Below are positions 55,214 to 63,812 of a stretch of DNA of 64,000 bases, piece by piece; position 1 is the first letter of the stretch, and each line of letters begins with the position of its first letter. The notes beneath the pieces are model-generated. The model was given only the letters and a program-made list of their open reading frames with translations. It searched no databases and was not told where the DNA came from. The translations under genes were made by a program, and so were the position numbers. Source of the stretch: an uncultured archaeon (GTDB lineage: Archaea > Iainarchaeota > Iainarchaeia > Iainarchaeales > VGJJ01); the NCBI GenBank assembly GCA_964557045.1, contig CAZKYB010000002.1, positions 1,212 through 65,211 of the forward strand. The letters are read 5' to 3'.

Positions 55214-56385
55214 GCAACCAACTCCTCGTGCAAAGCCAGGGAATCCGCGTGAGAAGATAAATCCAGCGATTGGGCCAGGCAGGAACGAATCGTGGTCATG
55301 GAATCATGCAGAGGGAACTGATGTAGGACGTGCTCCAAGAACCCCTGAATATACAACGCCCGCGCCACATCCTCTGGAAGACCTCGAGAGGAGAGATAGA
55401 AAAGCTTCTCCTTATCCAAACGACCCACGGTCGCCGCATGAGCACAGCGAACGTCCGACCCTTCAATCTCCAACGCGGGAACGGGATCCGCCTCGGATTT
55501 CGGTGACAACAACAAAAAGTCCGCGCGCTGATTCCCCACGCTCCCCTTGGCTTCCTTTGTCATTTTCAACAAGCCCGAATACACACACTTTGCAGAATCA
55601 TCCAATACGCCGCGCACAACCAAACGACTCTTGCTCAAAGGAGACAAGTGAACGGCCGATTGAGATATATCAAAGATTTGTTCACCGGAGGCGGCAAGAA
55701 CCCCTAGATTTTGCGAAGAGGCATTCTCTCCAACTAAATCGGAAGAAACTTCCAGCTTGGTGAACGCGGAACCATGCTCGACCCAAAACCAATCCACGGA
55801 CGCATGATCGTCTACATGAGCGCGCTTGAATGAGGAATGAACACACGAAGGAGAGAGGGTTTGCTGGGAGACGATTGACACGTTGGAATGAGACGAGGCG
55901 AAAACCTCCACCACCGAACTCTGGAACGACGCATGAGGAACGGCTGACTCGGGAAGAATTAACGTAACGGAAGAATGAGGCTCTGCTACCACGAGGATGT
56001 GCGAATATACTAACGGCAACGATGGAAGAACCATCGGCGACGTGCTTCGCGTGTGAGCGGGAATATACACCAACAACCCATTTTGAATTTTGGAAAGGTG
56101 CAACTGCGCAAGAGGTGAATCTCCCTTCAGCAAGGACCCCACTTTCGAAAGAATGGAAGGATACTCCGAGAAAGCACGAGCGAAATCCGAAACTAAAACA
56201 CCGGATTCGTGAATGTGATGATGGGAAAATCCCTTGTTCGATTCATGAGTGGAACGGATCTTCAACCAATCCCATGAAGCAGGAGCAGATTGAATGTCTA
56301 ACCCATACTTGAATGCGGGAGAGGGAAGCGAAGACAACGTGTGAAGGGCGTTCGAGCGAATCGAAGAAAGAAAATCAGCCGACAT
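55210..56385 (-). CDS. sufD: Fe-S assembly protein SufD
   Basis: Beta-helix body, P.LEI...DV.C.HAATVG.LD.E.LFYL.SRGL. Confidence 0.9.
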   Translation of the reverse strand: MSADFLSSIRSNALHTLSSLPSPAFKYGLDIQSAPASWDWLKIRSTHESNKGFSHHHIHESGVLVSDFARAFSEYPSILSKVGSLLKGDSPLAQLHLSKIQNGLLVYIPAHTRSTSPMVLPSLPLVYSHILVVAEPHSSVTLILPESAVPHASFQSSVVEVFASSHSNVSIVSQQTLSPSCVHSSFKRAHVDDHASVDWFWVEHGSAFTKLEVSSDLVGENASSQNLGVLAASGEQIFDISQSAVHLSPLSKSRLVVRGVLDDSAKCVYSGLLKMTKEAKGSVGNQRADFLLLSPKSEADPVPALEIEGSDVRCAHAATVGRLDKEKLFYLSSRGLPEDVARALYIQGFLEHVLHQFPLHDSMTTIRSCLAQSLDLSSHADSLALHEELVA

Positions 56386-56391
56386 GGTGTT

Positions 56392-57831
56392 TCACTCCCC
56401 GTGCGACTCCATTTCCATTGCGATGAGACGATTCAACTCAACTGCATATTCCAAAGGAAGCTCCTTCACCACATTCTCGATGAAACCTTGAACAATGAGC
56501 TGCATGGCCTGCTCCTCATTCAGCCCGCGAGACATCAAATAGAACAATTGCTCGCCGTCTATCCTACCCACAGTGGCCTCATGCGCCACATCCACGGAGG
56601 GATTCATGATTTTCATGAAGGGAAACGTGTTGGAAATCGACTCATCATCCATCTGCAAGGCGTCACACTTCACGGAGACTTTACACTCCTCGGCATTCTT
56701 GTTCACCTTCACGTGACCACGGAACGTATTGATTCCACCCCCCTTGGAAATGGACTTGGCTCGAATAATGGAATGCGTTCTAGGGGCTACGTGATAGACC
56801 TTTGCCCCCGTGTCCTGGTGCTGATTCTTTGACGCTACAGCGATTGAAATGTGATCGGCCTTCGCCCCTTCACCCGTGAGAACGGAACAGGGATACAACA
56901 TGGTGACTCCGCTCCCCGTTTGAGCGGATACCCACTCCATCAGCGCGTCTTTACCCACCATCGCACGCTTCGTGTTCAGGTTGTATGTGTTGCGCGACCA
57001 GTTTTCCACACTGGAATATCGCATTCGAGCACCATTCTTGACAAAAATCTCCACACACCCTGCGTGCAAGGAATTCGCCGCATATTGCGGAGCCGAACAC
57101 CCTTCAATATAGTGGCATTCCGCCCCTTCATCGATGATGATCAGCGTGTGCTCAAACTGTCCGCCACGCTTGGCATTCATGCGAAAGTATGCTTGCAAGG
57201 GCATGTCCACCTTCACACCCTTCGGAACGTAAATGAATGTTCCCCCGCTCCACACCGCGGCGTGCAGCATGATAAACTTGTGATCGGTGACCGGAATACA
57301 CTTCGTCATGAAATATTCCTTCACCAATTCAGGGTATTTGTGCAGCGCCACATCCATGTCCTCAAACACGACCCCTTTCTTCTGCAAATCATCGCGAATC
57401 TTGTGATAGACCACATCACTATCGTATTGCGCTCCCACCCCTGCGAGGTATTTCTGCTCCGCTTGGGGAATGCCGAGGCGATCGAAGGTCTTCTTGATCT
57501 CCTGAGGGACCTCCTCCCATTTCTCGCTTCCATTCTTGGCATCCGGACGCGCGTAATAAATAATTTCGTCAAACTTCAACTTGGACAAATCGGGGCCCCA
57601 CGTCGGAGTGGGTGTTTCAAGAAATGCCTTCAGTCCGCGCAAACGAATATCCAACATCCACGAGGGCTCGTTTTTCTGCTTGGAAATTTCACGCACTAAC
57701 TCTTCGCTTACACCCGGCTTCGCCTTGTACGTGTGTGATTCCGTGTCCGCATGATCAAACACATCACGGTCGAGCTCAACCAGAGGAACGGCCTGCTCCT
57801 TTTCCGAAACAAGTGGGGCGTCCGTGCGCAT
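56392..57831 (-). CDS. sufB: Fe-S assembly protein SufB
   Basis: TFDRLGIP, WSGGTFIYVP, GQFEHTLII, YIEGCSAP, HEATVG, ELPLEYAVE. Confidence 0.97.
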   Translation of the reverse strand: MRTDAPLVSEKEQAVPLVELDRDVFDHADTESHTYKAKPGVSEELVREISKQKNEPSWMLDIRLRGLKAFLETPTPTWGPDLSKLKFDEIIYYARPDAKNGSEKWEEVPQEIKKTFDRLGIPQAEQKYLAGVGAQYDSDVVYHKIRDDLQKKGVVFEDMDVALHKYPELVKEYFMTKCIPVTDHKFIMLHAAVWSGGTFIYVPKGVKVDMPLQAYFRMNAKRGGQFEHTLIIIDEGAECHYIEGCSAPQYAANSLHAGCVEIFVKNGARMRYSSVENWSRNTYNLNTKRAMVGKDALMEWVSAQTGSGVTMLYPCSVLTGEGAKADHISIAVASKNQHQDTGAKVYHVAPRTHSIIRAKSISKGGGINTFRGHVKVNKNAEECKVSVKCDALQMDDESISNTFPFMKIMNPSVDVAHEATVGRIDGEQLFYLMSRGLNEEQAMQLIVQGFIENVVKELPLEYAVELNRLIAMEMESHGE

Positions 57832-57833
57832 GA

Positions 57834-58208
57834 TTATCCCTTCCTCTCAAGAGTGGGAAGACCCAACCGTTCTTTGTCATGCAAAAAGTGCGCGCAGCCG
57901 GAACAATGATACTTTGTGTAAATCCCATCAAACGTTTCAATGAACTCGTGAGCAAGCTTGTCTAACAACTTCTGTCCTTCGGGAGTTAGCACGTACGCTT
58001 TCTTTTCCCGCTCCCCCGTGGAAGAGACGGCAATAAGCCCCTGCTTCTCAAAACGCGACAAGAGAGGGTAAACCGTGCCCGGCGTGAGGGGAGACGATCG
58101 GTGCTTGGATAAATCCTGAATCAGACCATACCCGTGACCCTCCTTTTGGGAAAGGAGCCAGAGGACTTGCAGCTCAAGCATACTTACCTTCGATATATCG
58201 ACAACCAT
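57834..58208 (-). CDS. PadR-family regulator with C-terminal HCxxCxH
   Basis: HGYGL, PGTVYPLL.R.E..GLI, REKKAY.LT..G; tail YHCSGCAHFLH. Confidence 0.9.
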   Translation of the reverse strand: MVVDISKVSMLELQVLWLLSQKEGHGYGLIQDLSKHRSSPLTPGTVYPLLSRFEKQGLIAVSSTGEREKKAYVLTPEGQKLLDKLAHEFIETFDGIYTKYHCSGCAHFLHDKERLGLPTLERKG

Positions 58209-58243
58209 ACTATACCCTCGTAAAACCCTGTTTAAAAGGGTTT
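58190..58243. promoter_or_regulatory. Candidate operator(s) and TATA of the padR-suf operon
   Basis: Perfect palindrome TCGATATATCGA 58190-58201; inverted repeat AAACCCT/AGGGTTT 58223-58243 around the TATA. Confidence 0.5.
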
Positions 58244-58314
58244 AGGGGCGATTGGCGAAGAATTGACCAAAAAGTGGAAATAAGCCTTTATAGGGCAAAA
58301 GCCTCCCTCCGAGC

Positions 58315-59772
58315 ATGGAGACCCACCCCCACTACATTGGAGGAAAATGGACCCGCTCATCGAGTGGAAGGAGTTTTCATTCCCTCAACCCCGCCACGGG
58401 AAAAACAATCGGAACATTTTCTTCTGGAACCAAGAAGGATGTCGAGAAGGCCATTGAGGCCGCCGAGAACGCCCTACCGAATTGGAGCGAAACACCCGCC
58501 CCTAAACGAGGAGACTACTTGTTTGAGATATCGAGACTCTTGAAAAAAAACAAAGAGAAACTCGCAACAAGAATGACCGAAGAAATGGGAAAAGTATTGA
58601 AAGAAGCCCGCGGAGACGTCCAAGAAGCCATTGATGTATTCGAATACATGGGAGGAGAAGGACGACGATTATTTGGACAAACTACTCCATCCGAACTAAA
58701 ACAAAAAATGGCCTACACGATGCGCAAACCCATTGGAGTGGTGGGCATCATCACACCTTGGAACTTTCCACTGGCCATTCCTGCGTGGAAAATATCCGCC
58801 GCATTAATTGGAGGAAACACCATTGTGTTCAAACCCTCCTCGGACACCCCGCGCTGCGCCTATGACTTGATGAAAATCATTGAGGAAGCTGGCATTCCTA
58901 AGGGAGTCGTCAACATGGTCACCGGAAACGCGGCCGAAGTGGGAAATCCCATCGTTACCAGTTCACGCATTCGAGGATTATCCTTCACGGGAAGCCGAGA
59001 AACCGGTAAATGGATCACCCAGCACGCAGGAATCAAAAAAATAGGACTGGAATTAGGAGGGAAAAACCCCATCATCGTCATGGACGACGCCGATTTGGAT
59101 CTCGCCGTGGATGGAATTCTCTGGGGCGCCTTCGGAACGACCGGACAACGATGCACCGCGGCTTCACGCGTCATCGCGCACCAAAAAATACTCAAACAGC
59201 TAGAAGAGAAACTCGTCAAGCGCACAACCCAACTCAAACTTGGAAACGGCCTCGACAAAAAAACGGATGTGGGTCCTCTCATCAACGAGAAAGCCGTGGA
59301 AAAAAGCATCTACTATTCGGGAATTGGACGCAAAGAAGGAAAATTAATATGCGGAGGAAAACCCCTCGACACCCCTGGATTCTTCTTCGAACCCACTATT
59401 TTTACGAACGTCAAACCCTCCGCGCGCATTGCACAGGAGGAAATATTCGGACCCATTGTTGCCATTATTTCCGTGAAAAACCTTCCCGAGGCCATCCGCG
59501 TGTGCAACCACACGGAGTATGGACTCAGCAGCAGTATTTACACCCGCAACGTGAATCAGGCCATGCAGGCCATCGAGAAGATCGAGGCCGGCATCACCTA
59601 CGTAAATGCCTCCACCATCGGAGCGGAAGTCCACCTCCCCTTTGGAGGAATCAAACAAACGGGAAATGGAACCCGAGAGGCCGGCATCGAGGGCATCCAC
59701 GAATTCACAGAAACCAAAACCGTGTACATCGACTATTCAGGAAAACTCCAGAAGGCCCAGGGAATCGACTAG
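58315..59772 (+). CDS. Aldehyde dehydrogenase
   Basis: ITPWNFP, KPS, FTGS, LELGGKNP, GQRCT, EEIFGP, PFGG.K.TG. Confidence 0.96.
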   Translation: METHPHYIGGKWTRSSSGRSFHSLNPATGKTIGTFSSGTKKDVEKAIEAAENALPNWSETPAPKRGDYLFEISRLLKKNKEKLATRMTEEMGKVLKEARGDVQEAIDVFEYMGGEGRRLFGQTTPSELKQKMAYTMRKPIGVVGIITPWNFPLAIPAWKISAALIGGNTIVFKPSSDTPRCAYDLMKIIEEAGIPKGVVNMVTGNAAEVGNPIVTSSRIRGLSFTGSRETGKWITQHAGIKKIGLELGGKNPIIVMDDADLDLAVDGILWGAFGTTGQRCTAASRVIAHQKILKQLEEKLVKRTTQLKLGNGLDKKTDVGPLINEKAVEKSIYYSGIGRKEGKLICGGKPLDTPGFFFEPTIFTNVKPSARIAQEEIFGPIVAIISVKNLPEAIRVCNHTEYGLSSSIYTRNVNQAMQAIEKIEAGITYVNASTIGAEVHLPFGGIKQTGNGTREAGIEGIHEFTETKTVYIDYSGKLQKAQGID

Positions 59773-59780
59773 ATGAAAAA

Positions 59781-60212
59781 TTAGAGATGATTCACGAGCC
59801 ATCGAATATCTTCCGTCGCAATCCGTGCGCGACGAATGCCAGGGAAGCCTTTGAAATTGGCTCCGGTGAGATGTCCTCGGCCATCAATCAAAACATACCT
59901 GTTATTTTTTAGAAACTCGAACAAATCACCATTCTCTTTAGCGGTTATTGCAATCTGACCCGCCACGCTTTTTCTAACCTTACTCAAATAATCCGAAAAA
60001 TGAGGGTCATTTTTAGAAAGATTTCGAAGGGCATGGAGATTGATCCCCCCAGTAAGATAACGGCGATGACCCCCCGCCGACAGGCCCTCCTCCCGACGAG
60101 CCAATGAATATTCAGACACGACATGCTGGAGATTCAGCGGAAGATCCAACACGCGTGGACGACGAAACAACATGCGCGGAGTTACGCGTATCTGACGAGG
60201 AGGGCGAGGCAT
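59781..60212 (-). CDS. Orphan protein with Pro/Arg-rich N-terminus, possible ParB/Srx-like core
   Basis: MPRPPRQIRVTPRMLFRRPR; YVLIDGRGHLTGA; own TTTTTATTA box. Confidence 0.6.
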   Translation of the reverse strand: MPRPPRQIRVTPRMLFRRPRVLDLPLNLQHVVSEYSLARREEGLSAGGHRRYLTGGINLHALRNLSKNDPHFSDYLSKVRKSVAGQIAITAKENGDLFEFLKNNRYVLIDGRGHLTGANFKGFPGIRRARIATEDIRWLVNHL

Positions 60213-60310
60213 GGTGTACAATTGAAAGCCACTAATAAAAAGACACCCGATAGACCAGCCATGTTACTGAAAATGGAATGATTTAAGTAGCCCGAATCAC
60301 TCCTCCGACC

Positions 60311-61549
60311 ATGAAAGTTAACCTACGAACCAAAATACCGGGACCCAAATCCGCCTCAATCCTGAAGAAGATGCAACAAAAGAACGGCGCCTTCAACATT
60401 GATCATTGGTACGTCCACTCAGGGGAAGGAAAGGGATCCCACTTCATGGATGTGGATGGAAACACGTACCTTGATTTTGCCGCGCAGATTGCCAGCAATC
60501 CCCTCGGATACAACAATGCAACCTTGCTGAAAGTATTGCAGAAATACGCCACGCACACCCCCATCAAATACGGCGGACAAGACTTCATCATCCCTCAACA
60601 CTTGGAACTCCTCGAAGAATTGCTCACGATTGTTCCCAAGTCCATGAATGCCGCATTCTTGATCAACTCAGGGGCGGAAGCCAATGAGAATGCATTGAAA
60701 ATTGCCTGCCACAAACGACCCACGGCGAAAATGGGAATATCCTTCTACAATGGATGGCACGGACGCACCACCGGAGCACTCAGTCTCACGAATTCACGCA
60801 GCGTGCAAGTGAGACACTTCCTCCGATTGCCCATGCGACACATCTCGTACAATGAGAATGGACCCGTGGAACTCGAAGAACTTATCAAACGAGAATTTGC
60901 CGCCGATGAAATAGGATTTGTCATCATGGAAGGCGTCCAAGGAGAAGGAGGATACATTCCCGCCTCCACCCCCCTCGTGAAGGGCATCCGAAAAGTCACG
61001 AAGACGTATGGAATACCCCTCATCTTCGACGAAGTACAAGCGGGAATGGGACGAACGGGAAAGTGGTGGACGTACCAGCACCACGGCATCGAACCCGACA
61101 TCCAAACCAGTGCTAAAATGCTCCAAGTGGCCGCCACGATTGCCAATAAGAAATGGTTTCCGCCCGAGAAAAGTGCCATATCTTCCACGTGGGGAGGCGG
61201 ACAACTATTGGATTTAGCCATGGGATCGGCGATTATTCGTGAAATCAAGAAGAAAAAACTCCTCAAGAATGCCACACGCATGGGGAAGCACATCCATGAA
61301 CGACTCGTCGAAATTCACGTGACCACCAACAAGATTCACCTCCCCCGAGGATTAGGATTGATGCAGGCCTTCGACATGGAAGACCCCAAGCAGCGCAACC
61401 ATCTGCAGCAAAAACTATTCCAGAAAGGACTCATCATGCTGGGGTGCGGATGGCAAGGAATGAGAATATCCCCCTCCCTGAACATCACCAACGAAGAAGT
61501 CGACGAAGGAATGGACATCATCGAGGAAACCGTACGAGGAATGAGGTGA
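60311..61549 (+). CDS. Class III PLP aminotransferase (lysine-6-/4-aminobutyrate aminotransferase-like)
   Basis: DVDGN.YLDF, NSGAEANE.ALK, HGRT.G.LS, E.VQGEGG, FDEVQ.G.GRTG, SAKMLQV, SSTWGG. Confidence 0.9.
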   Translation: MKVNLRTKIPGPKSASILKKMQQKNGAFNIDHWYVHSGEGKGSHFMDVDGNTYLDFAAQIASNPLGYNNATLLKVLQKYATHTPIKYGGQDFIIPQHLELLEELLTIVPKSMNAAFLINSGAEANENALKIACHKRPTAKMGISFYNGWHGRTTGALSLTNSRSVQVRHFLRLPMRHISYNENGPVELEELIKREFAADEIGFVIMEGVQGEGGYIPASTPLVKGIRKVTKTYGIPLIFDEVQAGMGRTGKWWTYQHHGIEPDIQTSAKMLQVAATIANKKWFPPEKSAISSTWGGGQLLDLAMGSAIIREIKKKKLLKNATRMGKHIHERLVEIHVTTNKIHLPRGLGLMQAFDMEDPKQRNHLQQKLFQKGLIMLGCGWQGMRISPSLNITNEEVDEGMDIIEETVRGMR

Positions 61550-61556
61550 ACGGATC

Positions 61557-62591
61557 ATGGCCAAAAAAATCGAATTCAAACCCTTGCATGAACTCATCGA
61601 CATCGAAGCGGTGTCCGGGAACGAAGGACCGGTGCGGAAATACATCCTGGAAAAGATCAAACCGTTCGTGGACGTCACGAGCGTGGACAAACTGGGAGAC
61701 CTCATTTGCCACCAGAAAGGAAAGAAACCCTCCATCATGCTGGCCGCCCACATGGACGAAATAGGACTCATGGTTAAACGCATAGAGAAGAGTGGACGCA
61801 TCTACGTGAGCGCACTGGGAGGAATTAACACCCTCAACATTATCGGACAAACCGTAGAGGTATTAGGAAGCCAGCCCCCCGTCAAAGGAATCATCACCAC
61901 GAAAGAAATTAACAACGACTATGAAATCACGGAAGTACCGGACATCAACCAAGTATTCGTAGACACGGGAATGACCCCGGCTCAATTAGAAAAACGGGGC
62001 GTGGAAATAGGATCCTACCTGAGCCTAGAGCGCATCGACCATGAAATTGGAAACCCGGACTTCATCACAGGAAAAGCACTCGATGATCGAATCGGATGCT
62101 TTATTCTGCTGGAATTGGCCAAACGCCTGAGAAAATCGGGAAGAGACATCTACTACGTGTTCACCGTCCAAGAAGAAGTCGGACTGTATGGAGCCAAAGT
62201 ATCCACGTACCAAATTGACCCCGACTTAGCCGTGGCTATTGATGTGAGCAATGCCAATGATACGAATGATGAACCCACTAAAATCATTGGAGAAGGACCC
62301 GTGGTCACCATGAAAGACGATGAAATGATTGGAAACGCGTGCCTCAACCAACACCTGAGACAATTGGGGAAAAAAATGAAGATACCAATTCAATTGGAAG
62401 TCAGCAACTTCGGAACCACCGATGCATTGACCATTTCACTATCCAAGGGAGGAGTCCCCGCCACCTCATTAGGGGTCGCGGTGAGAAACATTCACACCAC
62501 CCATTCTATTGCATCCAAGACCGACATTGCGCAATGCATCGACCTATTGGAAGCATTCTGCGAAAAACCCCCCGCACACTGCATGAAGTAG
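61557..62591 (+). CDS. M42 (TET) aminopeptidase
   Basis: SGNE, AAHMDEIG, GKALDDRIG, TVQEEVGL.GA, GTTDA, R.IHT. Confidence 0.95.
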   Translation: MAKKIEFKPLHELIDIEAVSGNEGPVRKYILEKIKPFVDVTSVDKLGDLICHQKGKKPSIMLAAHMDEIGLMVKRIEKSGRIYVSALGGINTLNIIGQTVEVLGSQPPVKGIITTKEINNDYEITEVPDINQVFVDTGMTPAQLEKRGVEIGSYLSLERIDHEIGNPDFITGKALDDRIGCFILLELAKRLRKSGRDIYYVFTVQEEVGLYGAKVSTYQIDPDLAVAIDVSNANDTNDEPTKIIGEGPVVTMKDDEMIGNACLNQHLRQLGKKMKIPIQLEVSNFGTTDALTISLSKGGVPATSLGVAVRNIHTTHSIASKTDIAQCIDLLEAFCEKPPAHCMK

Positions 62592-62608
62592 GGAAAAAAA
62601 AGAGAGAT

Positions 62609-62914
62609 TCAATCCAGAATTATACGGTTTGAAAAACGACCCCGCGACCTCGCCTTGATTAATTGCTGACGAAGCAAGGAGGCACGATCTATCTTCTCAA
62701 AGGAACAAATCGCATCAATCACTTCCAAAATATCCCCCAATTCTTCGGAAGACCCGGAATCGAGAAACTCATGCACTTCTTCCAAAAGCTTCGCCCGCAA
62801 CGCCGACGCATATTCAGCCTCCGACGCCACATGGGTAGAAAGATGCTCGCCCTTCTCTCGGGCAATCTCTGGAATCCGATCCCGAATGAGCTTAGACGTA
62901 AAACACAACCTCAC
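62609..62914 (-). CDS. MazG-like / PRA-PH-family NTP pyrophosphohydrolase
   Basis: KLIRDRIPEI, KLLEEV.EF, EELGDILEVI, K...RG.F. Confidence 0.88.
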   Translation of the reverse strand: MRLCFTSKLIRDRIPEIAREKGEHLSTHVASEAEYASALRAKLLEEVHEFLDSGSSEELGDILEVIDAICSFEKIDRASLLRQQLIKARSRGRFSNRIILD

Positions 62915-63153
62915 GGAATATTCAACAACTTCTTCAACGCGGGCTTATCAAAACCTACGACCACCTTGTTGTCAACCAACGTCACGGGAACACCGGACTG
63001 GCCGGACTTCATAATCATCTCTTGCGCCGCCTGCGTATCCTCGGCGACATTCACTTCCGTGAAAGCAAACTTATGCTCCTTGAGAAAATCCTTCTCCAAC
63101 CGACAGTAGGGACACGTGGGAGTGGAATAGATGGTGATTTTAGGAGCAGCCAT
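62911..63153 (-). CDS. Glutaredoxin-like protein (NrdH/YruB type)
   Basis: IYSTPTCPYC, SGQSGVP, VVGFD. Confidence 0.93.
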   Translation of the reverse strand: MAAPKITIYSTPTCPYCRLEKDFLKEHKFAFTEVNVAEDTQAAQEMIMKSGQSGVPVTLVDNKVVVGFDKPALKKLLNIP

Positions 63154-63230
63154 GAGTGGAAACCTCGATACTAGGAATGGAATCCAGGATATTATAAAGG
63201 ATTCCCAAAATGTGGAAAATGAAGACCCCA

Positions 63231-63749
63231 CTACCCAGATGAATTGACTTCCACCAGAAGCTTCTCAATCACAGCCTTGAACTCGGCCGCTTCCGCATCC
63301 AAATCATCCTGCGTCTCATACGCATTCCCCACCCTCCAATACTTACACCCAAACAAATACGTGGGAACACTCTGCTGGGGATTCGTGGACGTGAACAAGT
63401 CTACTTCGGCCTTCGGAACCGCTGTTTCCTTTGCCGCTGTATACTGATTATTCCCAATGTCCAAATCCCAATGATACGCGGCAATCAGACCTTTGGCCTT
63501 GTACTCATCCATCACCCCATTAAACGTGGCATTCACCCAACGACAATGCGGACAGACCGTGGTCGAATACAATCGAATGATGGGCTTTCCATCCTCCGTA
63601 CAAATAGTGGCATTCGGAAGGGTCTGGAACGTGGTAATCGACGAAGGAGCGATTCCAGAAGTATCGGTCGACTCATACTTGGACGAGACGCACCCGGAGA
63701 GAAAAAGCAATACAAGAGCGGAAATCAAGAGAATCAGTTTCGTGTTCAT
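63231..63749 (-). CDS. Exported thioredoxin-fold lipoprotein (CPHC)
   Basis: Lipobox LFLSGC, CPHC active site, cis-Pro SVPT. Confidence 0.85.
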   Translation of the reverse strand: MNTKLILLISALVLLFLSGCVSSKYESTDTSGIAPSSITTFQTLPNATICTEDGKPIIRLYSTTVCPHCRWVNATFNGVMDEYKAKGLIAAYHWDLDIGNNQYTAAKETAVPKAEVDLFTSTNPQQSVPTYLFGCKYWRVGNAYETQDDLDAEAAEFKAVIEKLLVEVNSSG

Positions 63750-63768
63750 CACGCAGAAAGAGTCATTG

Positions 63769-63801
63769 AAAATAAAAAGGAGTGGGGGAATTTCCCCCCA
63801 C
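63769..63801 (-). terminator. Hairpin plus U-tract after the DsbA-like gene
   Basis: GGGGGAA/TTCCCCC stem; on the minus strand followed by CTCCTTTTATTTTC. Confidence 0.55.
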
Positions 63802-63812
63802 CCCAACTAAAC

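Noticed and set aside
56851..57699. 282-aa + strand ORF
   Set aside because: Antisense shadow of sufB.
59010..59912. 300-aa Arg-rich + strand ORF
   Set aside because: Alternative frame of the intact ALDH gene; no slippery site or promoter seen.
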